DNA of 63,448 nucleotides, the filler included, from Candidatus Woesearchaeota archaeon (GTDB lineage: Archaea > Nanobdellota > Nanobdellia > Woesearchaeales > CG1-02-33-12): NCBI GenBank assembly GCA_018399355.1. It is 10 parts of 10 records of this genome, joined end to end, with 100 filler letters (N's around TTAATTAATTAA, not from the genome) between each part and the next. Parts side by side here need not be neighbours in the genome. Positions count along the whole stretch, not along the records: positions 12,561 to 41,746 come from JAGYOA010000006.1; 9 more parts are not named here. The stretch is one strand, 5' to 3'. The stretch's first letter is position 1, and the number at the start of each line of letters is the position of its first letter. Both the position numbers and the translations under genes were made by a program. Below are positions 18,600-28,025 of the stretch, piece after piece. The notes below the pieces were generated by a model that saw nothing but the letters and a program-made list of their open reading frames with translations, was not told the origin of the DNA and did not search any database.

Positions 18600-19286
18600 A
18601 TGATAAAAAGAATAAGCACAGGAATACCTGGATTTGATAAGGCAATAAAGGGAGGATTAGTTGACAATTCAGTGAACCTTCTTTCAGGGGGAACTGGAAC
18701 TGGAAAAAGCATCTTCAGCTTGCAGTTCCTTTTTAATGGAGCAAAAGAATTCAAGGAAAAAGGATTGTATATCTCTCTTGAAGAGCCAGAGGAACAGCTG
18801 AAAGCAGAAGCAAAAGAGTTTGGATTTGATTTTGATAAGGTTTCTAAAAAAGTAAAGTTTGTTTATATGCCTCCTTATGGAGTTGTTAATTTTTTAGATC
18901 CTCTAATAAGACAGATAGAAAGGTTCAAGCCAGACAGGATTGTTATTGATTCTTTAACTGCACTTGTAATGCCCTTGGAAGATGATTATGAGAGAAAAAA
19001 AGAAATTTTTGGTATTATACAGACCCTTAAAAAACTTAAATGCACTTCTATATTAACCTCAGAGATACCAAACAGTGGTGATGAAGAGTCTGGAGGAAAA
19101 TTCTCAAGGTTTGGAGTAGAAGAATTTTTGTGTGATGGGCTTATATTATTGCATTATGCAGGCATTGGCGGCGAGTCAGACAGGGCAGTAAGAGTTGTGA
19201 AGATGAGGCAGACCAACCACACAAAGGGACCTATTTCAATGACAATAGGAAAATCAGGAATACGTGTTCTAAAAACAAAATACTGA
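18600..19286 (+). CDS. Single-domain KaiC-like / RAD55-family RecA ATPase
   Basis: STGIPGFD, GGTGTGKS, SLEE, VIDS, KMR motifs. Confidence 0.92.
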   Translation: MIKRISTGIPGFDKAIKGGLVDNSVNLLSGGTGTGKSIFSLQFLFNGAKEFKEKGLYISLEEPEEQLKAEAKEFGFDFDKVSKKVKFVYMPPYGVVNFLDPLIRQIERFKPDRIVIDSLTALVMPLEDDYERKKEIFGIIQTLKKLKCTSILTSEIPNSGDEESGGKFSRFGVEEFLCDGLILLHYAGIGGESDRAVRVVKMRQTNHTKGPISMTIGKSGIRVLKTKY

Positions 19287-19360
19287 ATTTGTATTAAAAG
19301 CTAATTCATCTAAACATGAATCAACATATAAGATTTCAAATTTAGAAGAAAGAAAATTGG

Positions 19361-19606
19361 CTATTTGTAAACATCTCCTCTATGGTCAAAACAATTAATG
19401 ATTATTTTATCTTTTTCCAATCTGTATATAATCCTAAATGGAGGGATTCTAACTGATCTATGACTTTTCAGTTTATATCTCAATGGTTTGCCTGATTCGG
19501 GTAAGTCAGCCAACTTTTTAATATGCTTAATGAGTTTCAATCTGGTTGATTTATATTTTATTTTCTTGAAATCTTTTTTAAATTCCTCAGAAAAAATTAT
19601 CTCCAT
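19361..19606 (-). CDS. RelE/ParE-family toxin
   Basis: FxKDFKK, GKPLR, RIPPFRIIY, DHRGDVY. Confidence 0.88.
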   Translation of the reverse strand: MEIIFSEEFKKDFKKIKYKSTRLKLIKHIKKLADLPESGKPLRYKLKSHRSVRIPPFRIIYRLEKDKIIINCFDHRGDVYK

Positions 19607-19607
19607 T

Positions 19608-19883
19608 TTATGCTATCAATAAATCATCAATCTCTTCATCTTTCATACTAGTATCTGCTTTAATAGATTTACCCTTTTTTATTTGTTCTTCACTTATTAA
19701 AACTTTATCAATTAATTTCATATCCTTGCTTAATGTTTCTTTTTTTATCTGCTTCAACAAGATATTTCCATCTTCATTAAAGACAATAAATTTAGTTGCG
19801 GGTTTTATACCAGCATTTCTTCTGATTTCAGAAGGGATTACTATCTGTCCATTTTGAGACATTTTAGTTATTGATACTTCCAT
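19608..19883 (-). CDS. AbrB/MazE/SpoVT-family antitoxin
   Basis: KMSQNGQIVIPSEIRR; directly upstream of the toxin. Confidence 0.88.
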   Translation of the reverse strand: MEVSITKMSQNGQIVIPSEIRRNAGIKPATKFIVFNEDGNILLKQIKKETLSKDMKLIDKVLISEEQIKKGKSIKADTSMKDEEIDDLLIA

Positions 19884-20103
19884 TTTTATTTACCTACAAT
19901 ATATTTTAATATTAAAGCATATTTGATATATAAACTTTTTGTTTTTAAAAATATAATTAATGAATTAATATACGCCAATAGTTATAAATTTATAATCTCT
20001 TCTTTTGTCATCTTATTGGTAGTCATCATATTTTTTTGAAGATTTCTTTTAACATGTTGTAAATAAATATATGTAATAATTTAAACATGTTGCAAAAAAG
20101 AAG

Positions 20104-20118
20104 GAAAGCTTTTTATAT
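20104..20118 (+). promoter_or_regulatory. BRE/TATA promoter of the V4R-FIST operon
   Basis: GAAAGC-TTTTTATAT 22 nt before ATG 20141. Confidence 0.6.
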
Positions 20119-20140
20119 GGTTGGTTGTAAATAGAAAAAT

Positions 20141-20605
20141 ATGCTCTCCACATTTTTGAAGAAACTGCTTTTTGTAAGACAGTTTTTTATGATAGACGGG
20201 AAAATAGAAGTGCTCGGAAAAAGGCAGGTGATGTTGCCAACTGAGGTATTGTCTGAGTTGGATAGTTGCAACGCGAAAGATGATTACAAGAAGCTGAAGA
20301 AGATATTCATGGAGAACATTAAGGATTATGCAAAAAAGATAGGAAGCGGAGAGGAAGGAATGTACAAGAACATGGTTGATGTCTTTGAGACATTTGGACT
20401 AGGAAAGATAGAGGTTGTAAAGAGCGACAACAAAAAAAAGACCTGTGTTTTAAGAATTCATGACTGCCCGATTCTTGATGGTGGAAATAAGTCAAGGATA
20501 CTCAATGCAGCACTCTCAGGAATGTTTTCATTTTTGTTTAGCAAGGATGTAAATGCAGAACAGTTAAAGTCTAAAAAAAGCTTGTGTGAATTTGCAATAA
20601 AATAA
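20141..20605 (+). CDS. V4R-like small-ligand-binding protein
   Basis: FGLGKIEV, HDCP, LSGMFS and C-terminal CEF pattern. Confidence 0.65.
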   Translation: MLSTFLKKLLFVRQFFMIDGKIEVLGKRQVMLPTEVLSELDSCNAKDDYKKLKKIFMENIKDYAKKIGSGEEGMYKNMVDVFETFGLGKIEVVKSDNKKKTCVLRIHDCPILDGGNKSRILNAALSGMFSFLFSKDVNAEQLKSKKSLCEFAIK

Positions 20606-20619
20606 AAAAGAGGGAAAAA

Positions 20620-21936
20620 ATGGAAAAAAAGAATGTTTATGCTGGAACCGGAATAAGCCGCGATGATGACCCATACAAGGCAGGAAAGGAAGCTGTAGAG
20701 ATGGCCATCGAAAAGGCAGGAAAGGCCCCTGATTTTGGCTTTGTTTTCTGCTCAGGCGGGAAGTATGGCAATAATGATAAAAGAATAAAAAAGCTTGTCG
20801 ATGGGGCCCATGAGGCCTTTATGGCCGCCAACAAGAAGTGCAAATGGATGGGCTGCACAACGGCCGGAGAGATAAGCAATTATGGATTTTCACAGGGAAG
20901 TTGCGTTGCAATGTGTTTGTCAAGCAATTACATCCATATCGGTGTTGGTATTTCTGATAATGTCGAGAAAAAGCCTGAGGATGCAGGAAAGAATGCAATT
21001 AAAGAGGCCCTGAAAGACTTAAAGACAGACAAACAGGTTGATTCTTATATTTCATATTTGGCCGCAAAAAAGAAAAGTGTAGAAGAGCTAATGAAAATCA
21101 AACCATATTATGTAATAATGTTGAGTCAGGCATTATTGGTTAAGAAAGGGATGCTTGGCCAAGAAGAGAATATCATGAAAGGTATCTCTTCAGTTATAGG
21201 AAAGTATATTCCTATTTTAGGAGGTACTGCAGGTGATGACTTAAAACTTGATACCACCTATCTATTTAAAGAAGGAAAAGTCTACGAAAATGCAGTTGCG
21301 ACAATGGTTGTAGCATCAGATATGCACCTTGGTATTAGTTTAGAACATGGGTATAAACCAACTACAAAAAGTTTTATAGTAACAAAAGTAAAAGGCCGTC
21401 TTATATACGAACTTAATGGTAAACCTGCCATAAAAGAGTATTGTAGAGTTACTGGAATTAATGAAGCAGAATTCAGAAAACAACCTCTTGCTTTCAGCGA
21501 TAAGTATGTTTTTGGCATACCTGATGGAACAGGAAACTTTTTTTCAATCGTTCCTGGTGATATTGTAGGCAGCGCAATTCAAACGGGAAGATCGTTAGAA
21601 AAAAATTCAATGTTAGCATTGATGAGTGCAAAACCTCAGGATTTGCTCGAAGCAGCAAGAGATTCAGTGAAATATGCAATGCAAGATTCAAGTTCTAAAA
21701 AAGTTGCTGCAGTTTTAATGTTTGATTGCTGTATAAGGTGGGTTAATTTGGGAGAAAAAGTATCTAAAGAAATTGAAATGGTTAAAAAAGAGGTTGGTAA
21801 AGATACTCCTATAATAGGGTTTTATACTTATGGTGAGCAGGGGTCAAGGCATTTCGGAGGAACATGTTCACAATTCAATGCCTCAACCTCAAGCATGGTG
21901 TTTACAGACAAATTGTTTATTGAAAAAAATGGATAA
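20620..21936 (+). CDS. FIST (FIST_N + FIST_C) sensory protein
   Basis: GCTTAGEI, GGTAGD, ELNGKPA, FDCCIR, GFYTYGEQ. Confidence 0.92.
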   Translation: MEKKNVYAGTGISRDDDPYKAGKEAVEMAIEKAGKAPDFGFVFCSGGKYGNNDKRIKKLVDGAHEAFMAANKKCKWMGCTTAGEISNYGFSQGSCVAMCLSSNYIHIGVGISDNVEKKPEDAGKNAIKEALKDLKTDKQVDSYISYLAAKKKSVEELMKIKPYYVIMLSQALLVKKGMLGQEENIMKGISSVIGKYIPILGGTAGDDLKLDTTYLFKEGKVYENAVATMVVASDMHLGISLEHGYKPTTKSFIVTKVKGRLIYELNGKPAIKEYCRVTGINEAEFRKQPLAFSDKYVFGIPDGTGNFFSIVPGDIVGSAIQTGRSLEKNSMLALMSAKPQDLLEAARDSVKYAMQDSSSKKVAAVLMFDCCIRWVNLGEKVSKEIEMVKKEVGKDTPIIGFYTYGEQGSRHFGGTCSQFNASTSSMVFTDKLFIEKNG

Positions 21937-22027
21937 ATAAAAAAAATAATTTGCCAGATTAACTAAATAATGTTCATATCAAAGAGGTGCAGAAAAGAGG
22001 TGAAATAGTAAATGGAGGAGAATAAAA

Positions 22028-23107
22028 ATGGAAGATATGAAATATGTAAATAAAGATTTAGAAACAATGGGTTTAGATAAAGTTAAAGAGTTACAGCTAG
22101 AAAAGCTGAGAAAAATGGTTAAGTTTGCCTATGAAAACAATGAAGTTTACAGAGAGGCATTTGACAAAAAAGGAGTAAAGCCGGAAACCCTTGATAGCTT
22201 AGATGATTTGGCAAAATTTCCAATACTTACAAAAGAGCACCTTGTAAAACACTTTCCTTATGGATTTTTGTCTGTGCCAAAAAACGAGATTCAAAAAATA
22301 TTTATGTCAGGAGGCACAACTGGCAAGCCAATAACAATTTTTTATTCAGCTGCAGATTATGATGAAGTTTCAGATACTGCCTCAAGAATGTATCCTGCAG
22401 CAGGTCTTATGCCTCATGGAAAAAATAAGGAAGGGGATATAATTTATCATGCACTTCCTATGGGTTCTCATATTATACAATGTTTTGTTGATGGCGCTTC
22501 AAAACTTGGAATTCCAATAATACCTCCTCATTTCAAGTATGATGAACCAGAAAAACACCTTGAAGCTATAAAAGATTTTGGTGTTACAGCTTTAACCATT
22601 GCTCCTATTGGTCAAAAAGGAACTAATCTACAGGGCCTTCTGGAAGCAGATGAAGAGGGAATTATAGATAATAAGATTAAAACAATAATATATTTAGGTG
22701 CACCTATGCCCCCAGAAATGGCAAAAGACCTTATAAAAAAAGGTAAGACTATAATAGGAGGATATGGAAGTACTGAAATAGGAGGTATAGGTTATCAATC
22801 AAAAGACTGTTCTGGAATTCCCCCAGGAACATTCCATGTTTTTTCTGATAGAACTTTAGTTGAGATTGTGGATGATGATGGAAATTCTCTTAAACCAGGA
22901 CAGAGAGGTTATATTCTTGCTACCTCTCTTGGAGGAGATGAGTTTGCAGGCAGAGCAACACCAATCATAAGATACAGAACTGGTGATGAGGTAACACTGA
23001 TGGAAGGGCCTGAATGTGGTTGTGGTAGAACACCTTTGTATGTTTCAAAACCAAAAAGAATTGAGGACTTTTCAAGAATGGACAAAAGCTGTGCAGGTGA
23101 GTTTTAA
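22028..23107 (+). CDS. Adenylate-forming acyl ligase, PaaK/LuxE-like
   Basis: SGGTTGKP, GYGSTE, RYRTGD, CGCGR; ends without the PaaK C-terminal domain and has a Cys close to the C-terminus. Confidence 0.85.
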   Translation: MEDMKYVNKDLETMGLDKVKELQLEKLRKMVKFAYENNEVYREAFDKKGVKPETLDSLDDLAKFPILTKEHLVKHFPYGFLSVPKNEIQKIFMSGGTTGKPITIFYSAADYDEVSDTASRMYPAAGLMPHGKNKEGDIIYHALPMGSHIIQCFVDGASKLGIPIIPPHFKYDEPEKHLEAIKDFGVTALTIAPIGQKGTNLQGLLEADEEGIIDNKIKTIIYLGAPMPPEMAKDLIKKGKTIIGGYGSTEIGGIGYQSKDCSGIPPGTFHVFSDRTLVEIVDDDGNSLKPGQRGYILATSLGGDEFAGRATPIIRYRTGDEVTLMEGPECGCGRTPLYVSKPKRIEDFSRMDKSCAGEF

Positions 23108-24652
23108 TTGACAGAAAAGAATGAAGTCAAAGAGCTTGAATGCATAGTGAACGGCGAAGCTGTTAACAGCGAAGACAAGATTCCAATTAAAAATATCTAC
23201 GGGGATGTTATTGCAAACATCCCTGATTTGTCTTCTTACCAGATTACAAGAGCGATAATGGGAGCAAGAAAAGGTAAGAAAGAATTAGACAAGATAACAT
23301 TTGATGAGATTTCAGATATATTTTCAAAAGCTGCTCAATATTATAACGGTGGTTATGAAAATTATATAGCTGAATCAAGGGGAAACACATTAAAACAGGT
23401 TCGTGAATCACGTGAAGGAATCAAGTATATGCTTTCAAATTTTAGAGATATAATTGATTATGCCTTCAATGGAAATTTTGCCCAAACAAAAGACAAAAAA
23501 CTACAAGACAAAGGTCATAATCATAAATCTAATTCCAAGTTTATGCCTTTTAACCTAAAGAATCTTATTTATAACGCTTTTAACGGCGAATTCACCAAAA
23601 AAAATGATGAAACACTGCCAGAAAGATATTACGAGCCAAAGGGAATTGTAACTATCATACCATCTTCAACAACAAGAGAGATTGCTCCTTTCTCAGTTCT
23701 TAGTGCATTAGCCGTAGGTAATTCTGTGATTGTAAAAGCAGATTCAAAAGAGCCTTTCTCTTCATTAGAACTAGCTGAAAACCTTTACAATGCAGGTCTT
23801 CCTGAAGGATCTTTAAGTGTATTACTGTGGGACACAAAGAAAAAGCCGGAATTAGGGGAAAAACTTGTAAATATTTCAGACAGTTCAATTTTATTTGGTT
23901 ATGATGAAACAATTAAAAAAATTGCATACAACGGGCTCAAAAATAAGATTGATAAAGATTACATCAACGAGCTTCCAATCCCATCTAACATTGTAGCATT
24001 TGGCGATGGAAGAAGCAAATCTCTTATCTGGGATTGTGAAAATCTTGATGTTGTTGCCGAGAAGATTGCCAGAAGCGTCACCTATATTCCATCTGCATGC
24101 ATAAAAACACAGTATGTTGTGGTTCCTAAAGGAAAAAGTGATGAATTTATTGAAGCATATAAAAAAGCTGCGGGCAAACTTAAGACAGGAGAACTTTTAG
24201 ACCCAGAAACAGATGTAGGGCATGCTATACCCAAAAACAGGGAGATGGTAGACTCTATTTTAAAAAACGCTGAAAACTTTGGAGCAGAAAAGATTTATGG
24301 AGAGAATGTTTACGAAACACCTACAATGTTTTACAATCTTCATCCTGAATCTGTCTTCATAAAAGAAGAAATTCCTGCACCAACACTAGGAATAGTAGAA
24401 GCTGATTCCCTTGATGAAGCAATCAATTTCATAAACTCTTCTGTTAAACATTCTCCTTCAAAAAAATCATTAAAAGTAGGGGTTTACACAGACAATATTG
24501 ATATTTACAGAAAAGCTTTAAAAGATTTGAACACACATTCAGTTTTATACAACAAACCAACAACTGAAATGGGTATTTTTTCACCTCACCAAGGAATGTA
24601 TCTATTTCAGGAACTAACAAATCTAAAAGGAGGGGAATACGGTGGCACTTGA
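23108..24652 (+). CDS. ALDH-superfamily enzyme, LuxC-like acyl reductase
   Basis: PKGIV, ALAVGNSVIVK, AGLPEG, FG.DET, catalytic-position ACIKTQ, EEIPAP. Confidence 0.8.
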   Translation: MTEKNEVKELECIVNGEAVNSEDKIPIKNIYGDVIANIPDLSSYQITRAIMGARKGKKELDKITFDEISDIFSKAAQYYNGGYENYIAESRGNTLKQVRESREGIKYMLSNFRDIIDYAFNGNFAQTKDKKLQDKGHNHKSNSKFMPFNLKNLIYNAFNGEFTKKNDETLPERYYEPKGIVTIIPSSTTREIAPFSVLSALAVGNSVIVKADSKEPFSSLELAENLYNAGLPEGSLSVLLWDTKKKPELGEKLVNISDSSILFGYDETIKKIAYNGLKNKIDKDYINELPIPSNIVAFGDGRSKSLIWDCENLDVVAEKIARSVTYIPSACIKTQYVVVPKGKSDEFIEAYKKAAGKLKTGELLDPETDVGHAIPKNREMVDSILKNAENFGAEKIYGENVYETPTMFYNLHPESVFIKEEIPAPTLGIVEADSLDEAINFINSSVKHSPSKKSLKVGVYTDNIDIYRKALKDLNTHSVLYNKPTTEMGIFSPHQGMYLFQELTNLKGGEYGGT

Positions 24653-25010
24653 AAATTTAATATTTAATATTGCAGTGGCTTTTTGTTTTGGAGCAACTAA
24701 TGCCCTTATAATTGCATTAGCAAGCTCAAAGGGAACAGAAGCAGGATACCTTAACTCATTATTGGGTAATGTAAAAAAAGCAATATTTTTAGTTTCAATA
24801 ATCGCTCTATGTTTTGCTGTTTATATAAAAGGAATAACAGATTTAATTCCAATACTTATCTTAATAATATTGATAAACACAATCATTTTTGGTATTTACT
24901 TTGGCAAAAAATGGAAAATACCAACTAACGCCCAAACCCTCACCATGACTATATCGGGGATTGTTTCATTATTAATTTGGTATGTCATCACAGTTTTGAC
25001 TTTCATTTAA
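24642..25010 (+). CDS. 4-TM small membrane protein
   Basis: Hydrophobic 122 aa; GGAGG SD; overlaps the upstream gene. Confidence 0.7.
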   Translation: MALENLIFNIAVAFCFGATNALIIALASSKGTEAGYLNSLLGNVKKAIFLVSIIALCFAVYIKGITDLIPILILIILINTIIFGIYFGKKWKIPTNAQTLTMTISGIVSLLIWYVITVLTFI

Positions 25011-25061
25011 GGATAAAAATATAAATAGGAGTTAGTATTAAAATAATAAATTAATATAAAA

Positions 25062-25523
25062 ATGAAAACAAAACACATATTTGTGCCGGTGCTGGACATT
25101 GAAGAGATGCTGCCTTTTGTTATTAAAAACAAGGGAAAGCTACAGGAAAAGATAAAAGAGCAGGAAAGGGCCAGATCCGAACTAACAAAATTCATTGAAC
25201 AGCTTGAAAAAAACTACAAAGAATCAATATACTACATGGGCATGGACATAATTGAATCAAAAACCTATGAAAGATTTATTTTTGAAAAAGGCGGATTCTT
25301 TGAAGTGATGATAGAGGCCCCATTATCAATGAACGCTCATTTCATAGATGAAAAAAAGGCAAAATCTTTCTGTTTAGCTTTAAAGAAAACCTTAAAATCA
25401 GTTCTAAAAAACAATCCTATGGCCAAGATGTTCATAAACTCAATAGAAGTCCAGGATGAGTCAGACCAGGGATTGACCTATGAGAAATGGGACAGGATGA
25501 AAAGTATTAGAAATCTCAAATAG
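25062..25523 (+). CDS. Hypothetical protein
   Basis: 153 aa ORF with host-like codon usage. Confidence 0.7.
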   Translation: MKTKHIFVPVLDIEEMLPFVIKNKGKLQEKIKEQERARSELTKFIEQLEKNYKESIYYMGMDIIESKTYERFIFEKGGFFEVMIEAPLSMNAHFIDEKKAKSFCLALKKTLKSVLKNNPMAKMFINSIEVQDESDQGLTYEKWDRMKSIRNLK

Positions 25524-25558
25524 GTAATTTTAAATATTCTTTAAATTAATTAACTGTT

Positions 25559-25822
25559 ATGATAAGTCTAAAGGGCAAAAACCTCAACAAAAAGGTATAC
25601 AGCATAATAAGGGAAAGCTGGCCTATACATCCCTCAGGAGTATGCAAAAAGCTTGGGATAGAGACAAATGTATCAAATATTTCCAAGATAAAATACCATT
25701 TTGACGTTCTAAAAAAAAACAAAAAGATAAGGACAACAAAGGTAGACAGGGCATTAATTGGATGGCCTGTTGAAATAGAAAGATTAAGAGTATTGCATGA
25801 CTTTATAAGAGATATGGAATAA
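25559..25822 (+). CDS. Small winged-HTH protein
   Basis: PIHPSGVCKKLG...IKYHFDVL, followed by a beta-wing. Confidence 0.6.
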   Translation: MISLKGKNLNKKVYSIIRESWPIHPSGVCKKLGIETNVSNISKIKYHFDVLKKNKKIRTTKVDRALIGWPVEIERLRVLHDFIRDME

Positions 25823-25862
25823 ATGAAAATCTTTAAATAAACTGAGTTAATCTTTCTACATT

Positions 25863-26843
25863 ATGGATATCCTAAAAGATATAAGAAAAAAGGCAAAAGG
25901 TAATCCTAAAAAGATTGTATTCCCTGAATCATCTGATGAAAGGGTTTTAAGGGCCTGTGAAGCAATATCAAAAAGCAGGATAGCAAAACCAATAATTTTA
26001 GGAAATCCAAAAGAAATTCTTGAAAAAGCTGAAAAGCTTAAGATAAATCTTAAGGAAATTGAGATAATAGACCATTTAAGGTCATTAAAATCAGATGAAT
26101 ACTCAAAATCACTCTTCAATCTGAGAAAGCAAAAAGGAATGAATGAAGAGCAGGCAAAAAATATGATTAAAGATGCGCTTGTTTTCGGCGCAATGATGAT
26201 TGAGAAAAATGATGCTGACGGCATGATAGGTGGAGCGCACTATTCCACTGCTGAAACAATAAGGATTGCTTTTCAAATAATAGGAACAAGAAAAGGAATA
26301 AAAAAGGCATCTGGGGCTATGATTATGGCCAATGATAAATTATTGTTTCTTTTTGCTGACTGCGCTGTAATACCAAATCCTGATTCAGATGACCTTGCTG
26401 AAATAGCAAAGCTTTCCATTGAAACCTTTGAGAATTTGTTCAGCAAAAAGGCAAGGGCAGGAATTCTTTCCTACTCAACATATGGCTCTGGAAAAGGAGA
26501 GTCTGTTGAGAAAGTAAGAAAGGCAGTAAAGATTGCATCTAAACATAATTTAAATGTTGTTGGTGAGATACAGGCAGACGCTGCATTAATAGAGGATGTA
26601 TGCAGAAAAAAATGCCCCAAACTAAATTGTGATGAGAAAATCAATGTGTTTGTTTTTCCATCTCTTGACTCAGGAAATATTTCTTACAAGCTTGTTGAAA
26701 GATTAGGCGGTTTCAGGGCAATCGGACCAATATTGCAGGGCCTTAAAAAGCCGATGAATGACTTATCAAGAGGATGTTCTGTTGAAGATATTGTTGATTT
26801 AACTGCAATAACAGTTGTACAGGCGCAAAAAGAGGAAAGATGA
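25863..26843 (+). CDS. pta: Phosphate acetyltransferase
   Basis: IVFPE, ADCAVIPNP, SYSTYGSG, GNISYK, GPILQG, DLSRGC. Confidence 0.96.
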   Translation: MDILKDIRKKAKGNPKKIVFPESSDERVLRACEAISKSRIAKPIILGNPKEILEKAEKLKINLKEIEIIDHLRSLKSDEYSKSLFNLRKQKGMNEEQAKNMIKDALVFGAMMIEKNDADGMIGGAHYSTAETIRIAFQIIGTRKGIKKASGAMIMANDKLLFLFADCAVIPNPDSDDLAEIAKLSIETFENLFSKKARAGILSYSTYGSGKGESVEKVRKAVKIASKHNLNVVGEIQADAALIEDVCRKKCPKLNCDEKINVFVFPSLDSGNISYKLVERLGGFRAIGPILQGLKKPMNDLSRGCSVEDIVDLTAITVVQAQKEER

Positions 26844-28018
26844 AGATTCTTGTTTTAAATTCAGGCTCAAGTTCTTTGAAGTTCCAACTTTTTGATAATG
26901 AAGATGTATTAATAAAAGGAATGGCTGATGAGATTGGTTCTTCAGATTCTTTTATAAGATATGTAATTGATGATAAAAAGAAAAAAATAAATAAGAAAAT
27001 CAATAGTCACAAGTCAGCATTAAATGATCTTCTTAAGATAATAATTGAAAATAATGTAATAAAAAGTCTTGATGAAATAAAGGCCATCGGTCATAGGGCA
27101 GTTCACGGCGGAGAGGATTTTAAGGAAACTGTTTTGGTTGATGACAATGTTATGAAAAAGATTGATGAGCTAAAGGAACTTGCTCCATTGCACAATCCTG
27201 CAAATTTAACAGGGATGAAGGTCTGCAGGGAGTTATTACCATGGGCCAAGCAGGTGGCTGTTTTTGACACTGGATTTCACAGCTCTATGGATAAAAAATC
27301 TTTTCTTTATGGTTTGCCTTACGAATATTATAAAAAGTATGGGATAAGGCGTTATGGATTTCATGGAACCTCTCATCATTATGTTTCAAAAAAAGCAGCT
27401 GATATTCTTGGAAAGGGTTATGATAAGTTAAAGATTATTACTTGTCATATGGGAAATGGCTCAAGCATTGCTGCTGTTCTTAATGGAAAAAGCATTGACA
27501 CATCAATGGGATTCACTCCTTTAGAAGGTGTTATAATGGGAACTCGATGCGGGGATATTGATCCTGCGATAATTCCATTTTTAATGAGAAAGGAAAAACT
27601 TTCTGTTAATCAGGTTGATGAAATTTTAAACAAAAAATCAGGTTTATTAGGAATATTTGGAAAGAGCTCTAATGTAAGGGTTCTTTGGGAGAATGAAAAG
27701 AAGGGAAGCAAAAGAGCAAGGTTGGTGTTGGATATTCTCGGGTACAGGGTTGCGAAATACATTGGGGCCTATGCAGCTGCAATGAACGGCGTTGATGTAA
27801 TTGTCTTTACGGCCGGAATAGGAGAGAATGCATTTTATGTAAGGGAAAGAGTTTTGAAGCAGTTTGAATATCTTGGCCTAAAGCTAGACAAAAAGAAGAA
27901 TGAGAATAATGAGACAATCATAACGGCCAAAGACTCAAAGGTATTGGCCATGGTAATCCCAACCAATGAGGAACTTCAAATCGCCAGAGAGACTTTTAAA
28001 ATTGTAAAAGGAAATTAA
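26840..28018 (+). CDS. ackA: Acetate kinase
   Basis: LNSGSSSLK, GHRAVHGG, APLHNP, YGFHGTSH, TAGIGEN, TNEE. Confidence 0.97.
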   Translation: MKILVLNSGSSSLKFQLFDNEDVLIKGMADEIGSSDSFIRYVIDDKKKKINKKINSHKSALNDLLKIIIENNVIKSLDEIKAIGHRAVHGGEDFKETVLVDDNVMKKIDELKELAPLHNPANLTGMKVCRELLPWAKQVAVFDTGFHSSMDKKSFLYGLPYEYYKKYGIRRYGFHGTSHHYVSKKAADILGKGYDKLKIITCHMGNGSSIAAVLNGKSIDTSMGFTPLEGVIMGTRCGDIDPAIIPFLMRKEKLSVNQVDEILNKKSGLLGIFGKSSNVRVLWENEKKGSKRARLVLDILGYRVAKYIGAYAAAMNGVDVIVFTAGIGENAFYVRERVLKQFEYLGLKLDKKKNENNETIITAKDSKVLAMVIPTNEELQIARETFKIVKGN

Positions 28019-28025
28019 AAATATT

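Noticed and set aside
18600..19286. Circadian clock interpretation of the KaiC-like gene
   Set aside because: Single domain, and no kaiA/kaiB in the window
22028..24652. Bioluminescence or phenylacetate catabolism
   Set aside because: No luciferase, luxD or paa genes nearby
25863..28018. Bacterial-type pta-ackA as contamination or novelty
   Set aside because: Embedded in a clearly archaeal contig; this pathway is already known in Woesearchaeota-like fermenters
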